Assembly: GCF_000372725.1 (NCBI RefSeq)
Contig: NW_005201223.1
Location: forward strand, 342,657-400,329
Length of the DNA: 57,673 nucleotides
Direction of reading: 5' to 3'
From: Emiliania huxleyi CCMP1516
Taxonomy: Eukaryota
Part shown: positions 57,147 through 57,673 of the stretch, piece after piece
Layout: every line of letters starts with the position of its first letter
Position numbering within the stretch: the first letter of the stretch is position 1
Position numbers and translations under genes: made by a program
The notes under the pieces: generated by a model
The model's input: the letters and a program-made list of their open reading frames with translations, nothing else
The model's database searches: none
What the model was told of the DNA's origin: nothing

Positions 57147-57306
57147 TTTCGGAGGTGGAGCGTGCGGAAGAGAGGTGGGCTCGGTGTGGTACGGTGGACG
57201 CGGCACGGGGAAGCCGTCGGGGCTCGGGAAAGGATGTCGGGCACCAAAGCCGAGAAGCCGTAAAGAATTCCGTCGCCTAGTGCTCCAAGTGCTCCGTCAA
57301 CGTTCT

Positions 57307-57420
57307 AGGGTGGGCGACGGATAGCGCACCACACACCTCTCCTTAAAATCCCTGTGTGGTGGCGGCGTGCCGTCCTCCCATCCCTCCCTTGGGTTGTCTG
57401 TTTTCTTTCTTTCTTTCTTT
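57307..57420 (-). promoter_or_regulatory. shared upstream module
   Basis: near-identical to 28408-28520; ~160 bp before ATG 57146. Confidence 0.5.
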
Positions 57421-57594
57421 CCGTCAACGTTCTTCACCTTCCTGTTGGCTGAGTGTCTTGTCTTGTGGTTCTGTGTGTCGCTCCTGTGTGGCCGTCATCG
57501 CCCGTCCTGCGTCCACCCATACCGCGTTGGTGTCCCAGTCGTTGGGAGAGAGAGATTTTTTATTAATTCTTGTCGTTGGTCGGACTGAGATCTG

Positions 57595-57670
57595 ATTTTT
57601 AGCAATACCAAACAACTCTAACACTCACACGTAATTTGGGGCCTGGAGCCCTGTTCACGCGCGCGCGAGA
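57595..57670 (-). mobile_element. 3' end relic of the CRE-like LINE
   Basis: reverse-strand match to 12620-12745. Confidence 0.8.
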
Positions 57671-57673
57671 CTG

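Overview
GC-rich eukaryotic genomic DNA with four N-gaps. The very high GC, frequent GC-AG (and apparent GA-AG) introns and 10-18 bp intronic tandem arrays point to a haptophyte alga such as Emiliania (Gephyrocapsa) huxleyi; this is inferred, not proven. About 20 genes or gene fragments are recognisable: a double-macrodomain protein, a putative CudA-like regulator, three SDRs, DUF4116, PP2C, an SLC35A nucleotide-sugar transporter, a DUF3712-like protein, a Cys-rich surface protein, two tandem TLC-like membrane proteins, an ankyrin fragment, a CBS-domain protein, an F-box fragment, dPGM (possibly with an EF-hand), DUF1295, an FtsH-like AAA protein lacking the protease domain, and a full ABCB transporter. 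Between them lie many non-autonomous TIR elements, a 5'-truncated CRE-like LINE with 3'-end relics and a Polinton/Maverick-type DNA polymerase relic. The main findings are: (1) a TPP-riboswitch-like aptamer with an intact pyrimidine-sensing half but a remodelled pyrophosphate-sensing half, about 20 nt after the stop codon of a bacterial-type (PRK08642/OarX-like) SDR; (2) several short GC-AG/GA-AG introns whose 5' ends copy the start of the next exon (10-27 nt direct repeats), suggesting intron gain by duplication or insertion; (3) a ~100-bp module found upstream of five unrelated genes, always in the same orientation. All calls were made by eye, without database searches.
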